From Monocercomonoides exilis PA203 (lineage: Eukaryota > Protista > Preaxostyla), in the NCBI GenBank assembly GCA_001643675.2, contig LSRY02000001.1, positions 1,488,001 to 1,552,000 on the forward strand: 64,000 nt of DNA. The letters run 5' to 3'. A program made the position numbers and the translations under genes. Under the pieces are notes generated by a model. That model saw only the letters and a list, made by a program, of their open reading frames with translations, did no database searches and was not told where the DNA came from. Positions 27,801-38,733 of the stretch are shown one piece after another. Each line of letters begins with the position of its first letter. Within the stretch, counting starts at the first letter, position 1.

Positions 27801-30800
27801 AAGAAGAGACAACAGTTAATGAAGAGATTGATGAGGAATCTGAACTGTCATCAGAAGAAAGGAAGTCAGAGTGCATCACAATGCAGATCACCATGTGCTC
27901 AGAGAATAACACAATATGTGGACTCAGATTTGCAAGAGATGAGAGAGGATTCTCCATTTCATTGAAGGAGTGGAGCGCAAGATTAGCCACCCAGAACAGG
28001 ATTTGAGCAGCTGTCATCTCTCTTTCTATAAAGGTGCCAATCTACATCTCCTTTGTTTTATTCCGCCCATGAAGCAGCATGAACAACGAATCCCTCAAGT
28101 CAACGATCAATTTCTCATGTGGAGACGAACATGCCATTGCATCCACCAGATTCGACATCGATGAGGTGGTGGGGCACAGATCCTCCCCACGAACAAATGT
28201 TGAATCTGAATCAGTTGTCGAAGTGGATGAAATGGAAGGTGATGGTGAAGGAGATCTCTTTCTCACCTCTTCCTCCTCTTCCTTTTCTAATGCCCAATCA
28301 GGGATCTTGTCTGAGTCTTTCCCCAAGATGTATTCAGTCGATCCGCTCTCAGAAAGAAGATGTTCAGATGATTCTGAATGTTGCATATTCGTATCATATA
28401 TTCTCTTCTTCATCCTCTCATCATTCTTCTTCTCTGCTTCTCTCTCTGCTCTCCTCCATTGCTCCTCAGGAGACATCTCCATTGTCACCATCTCAAATGC
28501 CTTCGGATCTTTTCTGATATTATCGTTCACAATCTCTCTCAGATCTTTATTCTCATTCTTTGCTTTTCTCCATCTAACTGCAAGAATAACAGAAACAATC
28601 AGAACGACAAAAAATAATATTGCCAGCACAATAACAATCAATAACCAATAAGATTTTCCTTCTTTTCCTCCTTCAACAATTCTTTCATCTCCTTTTGGTT
28701 CAGATTCGCTTCTGTTCTTTAGGATGAAAGACTCAGTTGCAGAAGGAGAATGGCTATCACCAAACAAGATGCACACCCTCACTTCCACACTCGCCTCTGC
28801 TTCACTGACCATCTCCAACCCAGTTGTTCCATGCGCTTCCTCTTCGCTCACAAACCCAGACTCACTTATTTCGTGTGTCTCCATCTGCTCCACATCCCCC
28901 ATAGACGAAACAACCTGAAACGATAGGTTGCATGGCAGAAGAAGTGTCCCTCTGAACACAATGTCCAGCACCCCCTCCTTCTCCTCGGTCTCCACCGATC
29001 GGAGTGTGGAGATGAATAATGGCGATGCTCGCTCCTCAACAATCCCCTTCAAACTGCATCCATCATTTAAGATCCAAAGAGAAGAATTTGGCATCAATCC
29101 ATCTCCCCCTTTCAAGCTGGAAATGGTCAGTGATGCAGAACCTGAACAAATGATGTTTCGATGAAGAGATGGATATTTTTCAATGAAAGGATTGTTGTTC
29201 ATAAACTCTCCTTTCTCAATCGTCACATCGCCAGCGGACACTGACAATCCACCAGATGAAGCATTCGAAATAATCACATCCTTCATCACCAACGAAGAAT
29301 TCGCTGAGTGAACAAGTGATCTATTCCATTTGCATATTTCTTCAAAGTTATTATTTCTCTCATTTTCACTTTCTTTTGAAAGAATTCCTTCAAATTCACA
29401 CATAAGCATCGAAACATCCTTTGTATTGCTTATCTCCACAATACTCCATTTTTCAGAGAGAGAATCACAGCTTGAACAGGAACAGTTTGAAAGAACGATT
29501 TGAGCAGAAGTTGAAGAAACTGAAAGGACAGAAGCTCCTTCTGAATTCCTCGAACAGTTGTTGAATGAAGAGATTCCAATTGAAATTGAATTCGAAGATG
29601 AATCGCTAGTATAAATAATGCAACCTTCAGACAATTTCACTCCATCTGCAGATACTCCATTTAATACAACACTTCCACATTGTCCAATCTCAAATATATC
29701 TGTTGTTGATTCAAGTTGTTCCAGTTTCATATTTGTGATTGAAACCTCATCTCCATTTAACAAAAAAGGAATCTTCTTGAATGAAAGCATTGATATTGAG
29801 CAGTTATCAACATAAAGAATTCCATTTTCGATGCTCAGCAATGTTGAATTGAGAATAACTAATTCGATGTTTTCTGATTGGCCAATCGAAGAGAAATCAA
29901 CAAATGAAAGAAAAAGTTGTCCATTTGCTTCATGAATAATAGAATTGCCTGAATATGAAAATAACTGACCAAAATTGAATTTCACACTTTCGATCCTTAC
30001 TTTTTCTGATGTTGTGATAATACTTTCCTCGTTGGTTATTGTTGAGCTCAGATGCACCAAAGCAGCTGAGGGAGATTGCAATGAGCGAATAGTCACGTCA
30101 AGAACATCACACTTCCCAACAATTTCTGTTTGCCCCAAGACCAACAGCTGCGAGTAAAGAGATGGAATGATGTGCTGAATTCCAAAGCTCAATGAGCGGC
30201 ATGGGGTGTTGAACTCTCCACATTGCTTGCTATCTGCTGTGTTTTCAGAAACAGAAGACACAAATATCGTCTCGCTCTGGTATTTCACGACTCTCAGCAG
30301 AAGATCTTCTTCTCCAACAAAGGAGTCTATTGTGCATCCCCACATTGCCAGCTCTTTCACAAATGGTGCTCTGAAATCCAGCAAGAATTGTTCGTCGGCT
30401 ATTTGTGTTTCAATTGAATTGCATCGAACATACATATCTCTCCCTCTCAATGCAGAGTTGTCTCTGAACGTGATATTTGACAGAACAAACTTCAGAGGCT
30501 GCTCAGCTGTCGAGGCGCATTCCAGAAACAGCCACCCACCTCTTCCTGTGGTAGAGCAGAAGCACTCAGAAATCATGCAAAATGAGCACTCAAAACTTCC
30601 TCCCTCATTCAACATATAAAACATCCCTCCTCCATTTCCACACTTCAACCCTCCGCATCTCTTCATCGTTGTGTTCCGAATCACTATTTTCAATGGCTCA
30701 TCATTTTCATTTCGAATGATCGAGATGTTTTCTGTTGTGTTCTGGATGACTTCTTCGAACGAACTCCACTCAATAACAACATCTTGTTCCTCTTCATTTG

Positions 30801-33800
30801 TCTCTCTTCTTGAACTCTTTGATATGCTCAATCCACTTGCTCCCTCTAACTCGATATTCTTCATCGTCAGATTCTTCACATTCAGCACTGTTGTTGACAG
30901 CACAGAAATAACATCCTGCGAAAAGCTCAATAATTGCATCGTCACCAATTCCAACACAACTGTCCCTCCATCTGCTTTGATCAGTTTATAATTAATTATG
31001 AACTCTCCATTTTCTTCATTTTTTGTGAACGAACAATCCTTCAGAGTTAACAAACCTTCGTTTGAGCCAACATGTATCAAAACACTCACTCCACTCATGA
31101 ATGAAGAAGGAATCACTAACTTCATCAGCTCGAAATTGGTTATGCCCCAAATCTTCATAGCTGCTCCTTCTGCTCCTTCAAGCGATGAGACACATTCTAA
31201 TGAGCACATATCGTTATCTTTCGATTTTATCATCACCCCACTGAGATTGACACTCTTTTTGAGAATTCCTTTTCCAATGATGTTTATTCTCCTTTCATTT
31301 TCGTCAGGCAATCTCGAATATGAATGATCTATTGACAGGCAAGGATAATCTGAAAGACCACAAATGCACACATCTTTTCCATCATCACTGACAACTATCT
31401 CTGAGCCAAAGGTTCGCCAAAAATAGATCAATGGAATGGCATTCGTTGAATCATTTCCGTCAAAGCCACTCAAGGAATTCAATGAAATATCAGCAAAATG
31501 ATCAGATATAAAAGGAAGAGAGGTGTTTGTAATGCTCTTTGACAGATTCGATGATTCGACAAACAGATCATTTCCAAATCTTGCAACATTTGGTTTTTCG
31601 AAATCAAAAACAGGGGATAAGATCACAAATGAAGAATCATCATCAATCAGCTTCAGTGCCAACCCTCCTCCAAAGCCAGTCATACCTTCTTCAGTTGGTG
31701 CTGTGCATCCTGTGAATGTGCATGAAATAATATTCATTTGAATGCTCCCTTTCAACTGAGCATCAATGGCCCCTCCTCTGCTTTCATCACCAGCCACAGA
31801 GCATCCATCAAATTCACATTCTTCAATATTAATATGTGTATTTGTATTTTCATCATTGCTGTTGTCAATGCTCACACACCCTCCACTTCCAGCAGTTCTT
31901 TTGATTTTTGTGAAATTGCTGTTCGTCATGTTCAACCATAGAGTGTTCATCAACTCGGTATTTGTTCCACTTCCAGACAATGAGATCAATGGATTTCTCC
32001 TCAAATCAACCGATGAAGCTGAGAATTTGTCGATTATCAGGATCCCTGACTCAACAGACAAGAACAGAATTGTCAATTCTGATGATGGATTTTGAAGAGA
32101 AATCGAACATTGAGACAGAGTCATTGATGATGAAGATGACGAAATGAAAGTGGAGTGAAGAGGAAGGGAAGATGGAAGAGAGAAGATGAGTTTTGATAAT
32201 TCTGTTTCAGTACTTGCTGTTATCATCGATGAATTGGATATTGAACTTGAATCAGAGACTGTCCAACCACTTTGATCATTATTTCCTTTGACTTCATGTT
32301 TCTGTCCAGCAAATGCCAATTCATCACTCATCGCAATCATTCCATTCACAACAACTTTCTTTTCTCCTGTCAACCGTGCGAGTGAGTGCTTCAAAGTCAA
32401 ACATGGGAATTGGACAATTCCGCAATGTGAGTGATCAGATGCCTCAGTATTACTCACATATATTTCTTCTGGTGTGGGGAGGAGATAGATGCACAGAGGA
32501 ATGGCCAAAGTTGTATTTCCATCGTCATATCCTCTCACTTTCTCAAGAGTATCCAAAGAGGCTTCCACACATGTGATTTTTTCCGATTTTGCTGTTTCTT
32601 CCAGATTGGGTGAAATGACAAAGATATCATTCCCCCGTTTGGCTGTATTTGTTCCAAATGAAGAGGAGATCAGGAAGTCAGGATTTTCATTCAAGAATTG
32701 AAGAAGAATTCCTCCACCTAGTCCGTACGATGCAGAGCAATAGCACCCATCAAAAGATCCGCCTTTCACTTTCACCTCATTTCCATTCCCATCACACAGC
32801 ATCATCGATCCCCCATCAGCCGATGTTCTGCTTCCACATCCTTCAAAAGTGCTCGAATTCACATCAATGTTGGCCTTGTCATTCGAAAACGATATCACTG
32901 CTGCTCCGCTCGTTGTTCTCTCAATCCCATAAAAGGCACACTCTGAAAGTGTCAATGAAATCTCATTTGTTGAAGAAAGCGAAAACAACGAAACAGTGGA
33001 GATTGTCTTTGCCCAGTTCACATGTTCCATCTGAAACATCCCATTCTGGACATTTATCAGTTCTGTCGAAAATGCTGTTTCTGCTGATTGTCCGCTCCCA
33101 AAAGATATGTTCAGTCGGCTGATCCTCATTTCTCCTTCTCCACTTATCTCAAACAGCCTTGACCCACGATTATTCGGATGAGTCGAGTCATACACGAGAA
33201 CAAAGTCCCTGACAGTCAATGTGCCTGTTGAGACTGAAAAAAGAGACAACCCAGATGCTTCAAATTCTGTCCGGATAGCTGTGCTCAGATTGCTTTGACC
33301 ATAAACAGTAAAACTGTCTGCTCCACAATCAAAACTATTTGTTTCGATTATCGTTCCCGAAAATACTTCGACATTGGGAACCAAGTCTGGAATGAGTTGT
33401 GTGAGGCAACGGCTGATCGTGCTGCATGGATGAGATTTATCCAGCCCACATGCATATGTGTCGATGCCTTTTGGTTGTGAATTAGTTGAAAAAGCAAATC
33501 TCACATTTCCAAAATCATTGCGAAGCCAATCACTTTTGTCTTCCATGATCATGTGATTCACGCTGACTCTATTTGTTGTTTGTCTTGTTGAATAACAACT
33601 TGAATCTATGTTATTTAATATTGATCCATGCAATGTGATATCATTCCCACCAATTTCGCATGAATTATTATGAAAAAAACAGAAAAATAGCAATGTTCCG
33701 TTATTGTTTTCATTGATAAGTTGGCTTACAGCTCCACCACTTGCTTTTGAATAACAATTCCAAAAGTAACAGTTTGAAATTACAGCTTTATCAGTACAGG

Positions 33801-33888
33801 CCCAATGTTCTATTGCACCTCCAGTTGATGACTCTGTGTGGTTCGCTTTGCAAGATTCAAAATACGAATTGATAAAAACGCAGTGAGA

Positions 33889-33952
33889 CAGGTTTGCTCC
33901 GAGATAATGAGTATTAATATAAATTATGGGCGGTTTAAGTGAGAACTTCGCC
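33889..33952. repeat. Inverted terminal repeat, left arm (3' end of the element in coding orientation)
   Basis: 33889-33939 is the reverse complement of 38683-38733 at 48/51 nt; after 5 mismatches ACTTCGCC (33945-33952) pairs with 38670-38677. Confidence 0.95.
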
Positions 33953-34526
33953 CTCACCAAAATGACGTGGAAAAAAGGGCGAAATAAAATACAAAACAAT
34001 AACATTAATAATTGTCAAATGAAATAATGCATTGTCCGCTTCACTTCACCACCGACTTCGCCTTTTGCCTTGGTCACGAAGACCAGAGGGCAGGGGACAT
34101 TGCCCCTCGGAGCTGTCTCCTGCTGTCAGTGCAGGGATTTCGTGAGGCGAGTGTTCTGTTCGGAGCAGAAAGAAAAACCACTCTCGCTTTCACGAGGCGT
34201 GGAAAAGAAAACTGCATGTGATGTTCTCTGCCTCCCGCTCTTCTGTTGCATCAGCAGAGCAATCCTAATCATCATACACTGCAAATTAAAAATTCAATTC
34301 TTTTCTGTAAAAACAATGATAATCTTGAAAGGAGTGGGATTATTCTTGAAGTTATTTGTTCGTTTTCATGTTTCTCTAAACCGGTTCTGGGTGTACATTA
34401 ATTTCTTCGGGCGATTGGTCTTTCGGTCTCTCCTTCCCTGTCTCGCCCTTTTTTCACGTCATCTCTCCACGAACTTCAGGTTCACCTTCGCACCCAGCCG
34501 CATATTGTCTCTCCATCCGCATCCCT

Positions 34527-34623
34527 ATTATCTCGGAGCAAACCTGTCTCACTGCGTTTTTATCAATTCGCAATGGAGCGAATCTGCAAACGCAAGGAGC
34601 AGGTTTGCTCCTCAATAATGAGT
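34527..34623. repeat. Internal complementary region (ICR), a copy of the joined element ends
   Basis: 34527-34570 is the reverse complement of 33865-33908 (44/44); 34566-34623 is the reverse complement of 38710-38767 (58/58); the two halves overlap at ATTCG. Confidence 0.97.
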
Positions 34624-35226
34624 CTTGAAAGCCCTTTTCCAAATATTTATTTTGATTTAATTATATTTTTATTTATTAATTTATTTATTAGTACTGATCT
34701 TAAACCCTCTTGCCTAGCACGTCCTCGTGCGGCGGATGTTTAGAGAGCATGCGGATGAAGATGCGGTTCCTGTCTCTACTCCCTTCCTTTCTTGGGGTGT
34801 TTCCGAGGCGTAATCGACCGGGAATTCGTTTCTCTTGAGTTATTTATCATCCAACCGAGATATCTCACCCCCTGCTTCCTCCGGTCTGTGCGCATCTTCC
34901 TCTCTCTGAGGCAGTGTGTTTTCTTCTAGTCAGCTCTCTTCTGTTGCTGAGAATTATGAGCGGTGTTCTCCTAAACTAGGGTGGTCGGGATGAGTTGTGT
35001 TGTGATTGAGTTCTTTCTCTTCGCTTTATCTCTTCTCAAAGCTTAAAGTCTCGTTTCTTTGACCGCTTTCTCCTTTTCTCATATCTTCTTCTCCCCAAGC
35101 TTCTGATGTATTTTGGTGAAATCTCTCATCTCTAATTTTCCTTTCTCTATCCTCATCCGACCTTCCTTCCTCTATTTATATCCCACTTTTCTTCTTCTCC
35201 ACGAGGGGGTTCTTGAAAGTCGATCT

Positions 35227-36146
35227 TCAACAGGATCCATGACATATCTTGAACCAGTTGAATGGTTTAAATTTTCGGTCCACTCTTGATCCTTGTTCCC
35301 CCCTTGCGCGCGTGTTTCTCGCTTTCCAATCCGAGCCTTCTTGTATTGATTTGTGTATTATAACTTTATGTCTAATCGAGAATGTGGTCAAAGCATCGTG
35401 TTTGTCAAACTTTCTTTGAATAATTTCTAATTCTTCTTTTATTCTCTGCAAGTTTGCAGGCTCACCTTCTTTTATATCAACCACACGTGTTCATCTTTTA
35501 AAGTTGTCTTGGAAAAATCCAGTTTACGTTGGAGCGCTTCTTCTGCATCGATGAGAACGTTTGAATGTTTGTAAATATCGATATTTTTTGTCTTCCTTCC
35601 TGTCATCTATATCTGCACTTCTAGTGACACAGTATTCTCTTGTAATGTTGAACGCTCCCTTCTCACTCTCTCCAGCTCAGCTGGCTCTAACGTTGCAAAA
35701 ATAATAATGAGGATGAGTGCTCTCCCCTGGAGAGCTTGTGGGTCTATTGGGTTGGATGTGGTGTCTTCTCATTTAGTAATAATTGTAAAATCCCACATTG
35801 GTTAACATCATTGGTAGTTTCTCGACTTCTCTCCTTCGTAAGTTTCTTGAAATATATCCACTCTTTCACATCATTCGTCTGATGAATCACTCCACTTAAA
35901 AAATTCGTAGTCGATAGGTTATCAATAACTCTTGCCAAAATTCACCAGGCATCTTTCTCGATGAGGTGTCTGTTTTGTCTGTTCGTTCTCATCCAAAAAT
36001 TGTTTAAATATTTGCAGCTGTCTCCACGTATCAATTTTGTTCTTTTGATTAGTCAATATGGTAGCTGATATATCCTCTACTCCTACATCTTCTCCTCCTG
36101 TTTGAAAAAGTTTCCTTCTTATATATTTTCCTCTCCCGTCAAACAC
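35227..36146 (-). pseudogene. Decayed tyrosine recombinase of the element
   Basis: Frameshifted pieces read ..RALILIIIFATLEPAELERV.. (Arg box-like), ..HVW/DIKEGEPA.. and ..TFSIRHKVI..G.DW..N..ARGEQGSRV..F (H/Y-x-x-R and W/Y box-like); contains stops and frameshifts. Confidence 0.65.
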
Positions 36147-36149
36147 TAA

Positions 36150-36261
36150 TTATTTTTCATGGGGGAGAATTCAAGTCATCATTTCTCATCTCTAAAAAAG
36201 GTCAATCCGATGTTTCTTAATAACGGACTAGCACTGTCTATCCTTCTGGCATTTCTCTTTA

Positions 36262-36297
<36 letters not shown>

Positions 36298-36490
36298 ACT
36301 CTCTTCAGAGAGGATAGTCTCCAAATAATTCTTCAGGGCACCGGAGCAATCGTGTCTGAAATATAATCTAGTCTTCTCGGTGCGAATATTTGAAATGTCT
36401 CTTTAACTTTTTCCACTCTCAGTACATTGTCCGGTTTCTTCTAAGTCCGGCTGAGTGCGTCTATCGGTATTTTTGCTGAGATATGTTGAT
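36150..36490 (-). pseudogene. Remnant of the RNase H / C-terminal part of the pol ORF
   Basis: QHISAKIPIDALSRT resembles the RNase H motif HIPGxxNxxADALSR; downstream EMRNDDLNSPP*KII; many stops. Confidence 0.45.
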
Positions 36491-37316
36491 TCTTCTTCAA
36501 TTTTCATCACGCTGCACTATGCGGCTTATTTCTGTATCCGTCTCTCGAAGTCTATAGCGGTCTCATGCTCTGTCTTCTCCTCGCGTTTTTTCGCGGATTC
36601 ACTTCTTCAATATTCTCGTGAAATTTCGTGGTTACTATATCTACACCTGACTCGCGAAAATGCACTGTCCCTTATCTAATTATCGATTCGCAATCTCTCT
36701 CGACTGCTTTCTCTATCCTTCTCTCACAGCAAACTCAGCTTTTTCTTCCTTCAAACCCTTTCGATCAAAAGCAATTTGTAACTCCCCTATCATCTCGCGA
36801 CAATACACAGCAATCTTTTATCTCTCCGTCCCGTTGTATTTCGCGGTTTCACTTTTGTGATTATTTCTCTCATATTGAATCGTATTCTATCTTATTATAA
36901 ATTGATGATATTTCACTCTTTCAGTTTTGATATGTTGTTGTAATGCAGCTTGTCAATATTTACTTTGCGAAGGCCTCTCTAATTACTGAGTTTTCTATCT
37001 TAATTATCATCTCGCTGTGAAGCGCGGTTCTCTGCTATCTCTACTCTCATGATCTCAAGACTTCACGTTGTCTTGTTCCTCGTAAATATCTCTTTATTTT
37101 GTGCAGCTTCATTTCAATTATCTAAATCTTTATTGTTATAAAATTATCCTTCCATTTATATCTCGCTGTAATATGTGTATCGATTCTCACAGATATCTTT
37201 GTTATGCATATATGTGTATATTTTGTTTTCACATTTATCCGTATCTCGAAAAGCTGCTCATCTCTTCTCCTTAATAATCTTTTCTTCGTTATAAGTTAAT
37301 TCTCTTCTTATCCATA

Positions 37317-37580
37317 TCTCGCGGCAAAGCGCGGCTCTCTCTTCTCTCTTTTCTCTCTCTCCTCTCTTGGTCTCGCGGCAAAGCGCGGCTCTCTCTTCTC
37401 TCTCTCCTCTCTCTCCTCTCTTGGTCTCGCGGCAAAGCGCGGCTCTCTCTTCTCTCTTTTCTCTCTCTCCTCTCTTGGTCTCGCGGCAAAGCGCGGCTCT
37501 CTCTCCTCTCTTTTCTCTCTCTCCTCTCTTGGTCTCGCGGCAAAGCGCGGCTCTCTCTCCTCTCTTTTCTCTCTCCTCTC
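37317..37580. repeat. 54-bp tandem repeat, nearly 5 copies, inside the element
   Basis: GCGGCAAAGCGCGG recurs at 37321, 37375, 37429, 37483 and 37537; the minus strand reads (ALPRDQERRERKERRESR)n. Confidence 0.95.
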
Positions 37581-37955
37581 TCTATCTTGCGTACAAGAAC
37601 AGATTAATATTCTTTCTCTTTTCTTATGATCACAAGATATAACTAGGTTTGATTCTTCATAATTTAGGTTTGAATATGCACAGCTTCAATTTGATTTAAT
37701 TAATTTACAACTGTTATAAAATTATACTTGTATTAAAGAATCGCTGCAGTATGTGTATTGATCTTCACAAATATTTTTGCAAAATATATATGTATATGGT
37801 TTGTTGCTGCGTTAATCCATATTTCGCGGAACTACCCTATTCCTTTCCCTTGTTATCTTCTTTCGGGATTTTGTAGTATATCTATTTATTTCTATCTCGC
37901 TGAAAACCGTTGCTCTTCTTTCCTTTCAAAACGAATCATGATCTCGCGATAGAAC

Positions 37956-37959
<4 letters not shown>

Positions 37960-38011
<52 letters not shown>
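37960..38011. repeat. (TA)n microsatellite inside the element
   Basis: Directly visible. Confidence 0.95.
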
Positions 38012-38014
<3 letters not shown>

Positions 38015-38669
38015 ATTGTCACGTATTAACAAAATTTTGTATTTATGCAACTATCTTTTGGAAATTCGCAGTTTCATTATAAGTAATTATCTTTTTGCAG
38101 TAACTAAATTCTTCCTTAATAGAATTCTTGCAGCAATGTGTGCATAAATCCTCCTCCATTCTATCAATATCAAGCGATTTATTATTAATATTTTTTATAT
38201 TCAACTGCATCTCGTAATTCTTCGTAGCTCTTGTTCCTGATTAGTCAATTTTTCTTTGATTTTGTTAAATTTTTATCTCGCTGCTTGCTTGGCTCATTTT
38301 CCTAATAAATTAACAAAATATTATGTAGTTTCATTTTCTTTGAATTTCTATTAAAATACATATCTTCATTTTACACAAATATCTCACAATTTTCATAATT
38401 TCAGTTTTCAGTTATGCAGCTTCTGTTCTCAATGCTATCTCTTCATACTACGCAGCCCTCTGTTCAACACTCTCAGCTGTGCACTTCCTTCCATTAAGAT
38501 GAAGCATTTCAAGCTCAGGTCCTGGTTCATTCTTCAATCATATTTTCCTCTCTTACCAGTTCCAAAAATAAATCAAAATCTTTTCCAACGCTGTCTCTGA
38601 ATTTTTTGTAACAGGCAGTTGCTTCTTTATTATTGCGGACAATGAAGCTCTTCTTTGAATTATAGAATT

Positions 38670-38733
38670 GGCGAAGTAAGATCTTAAACCGCCCATAATT
38701 TATATTAATACTCATTATTGAGGAGCAAACCTG
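38670..38733. repeat. Inverted terminal repeat, right arm (5' end of the element in coding orientation)
   Basis: Reverse complement of 33889-33952; overlaps the hairpin AGGAGCA-AACC-TGCTCCT (38721-38738). Confidence 0.95.

Noticed and set aside
34050-34300. Hammerhead or HDV ribozyme in the structured spacer
   Set aside because: No complete catalytic core (e.g. CUGAUGA..GAAA with stems) was found by eye.
34070-34618. 182-aa ORF sharing peptides with two other ORFs
   Set aside because: The shared peptides simply reflect translation of the ICR, not a protein domain.
37317-37580. CRISPR-like array
   Set aside because: The intervening sequences are near-identical rather than unique spacers, there are no cas genes, and the context is eukaryotic.
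34700-38660. Element ORFs hidden by an alternative code (TAA/TAG = Gln, as in some oxymonads)
   Set aside because: The interruptions include TGA stops and frameshifts, and host genes end in TAA, TAG and TGA.
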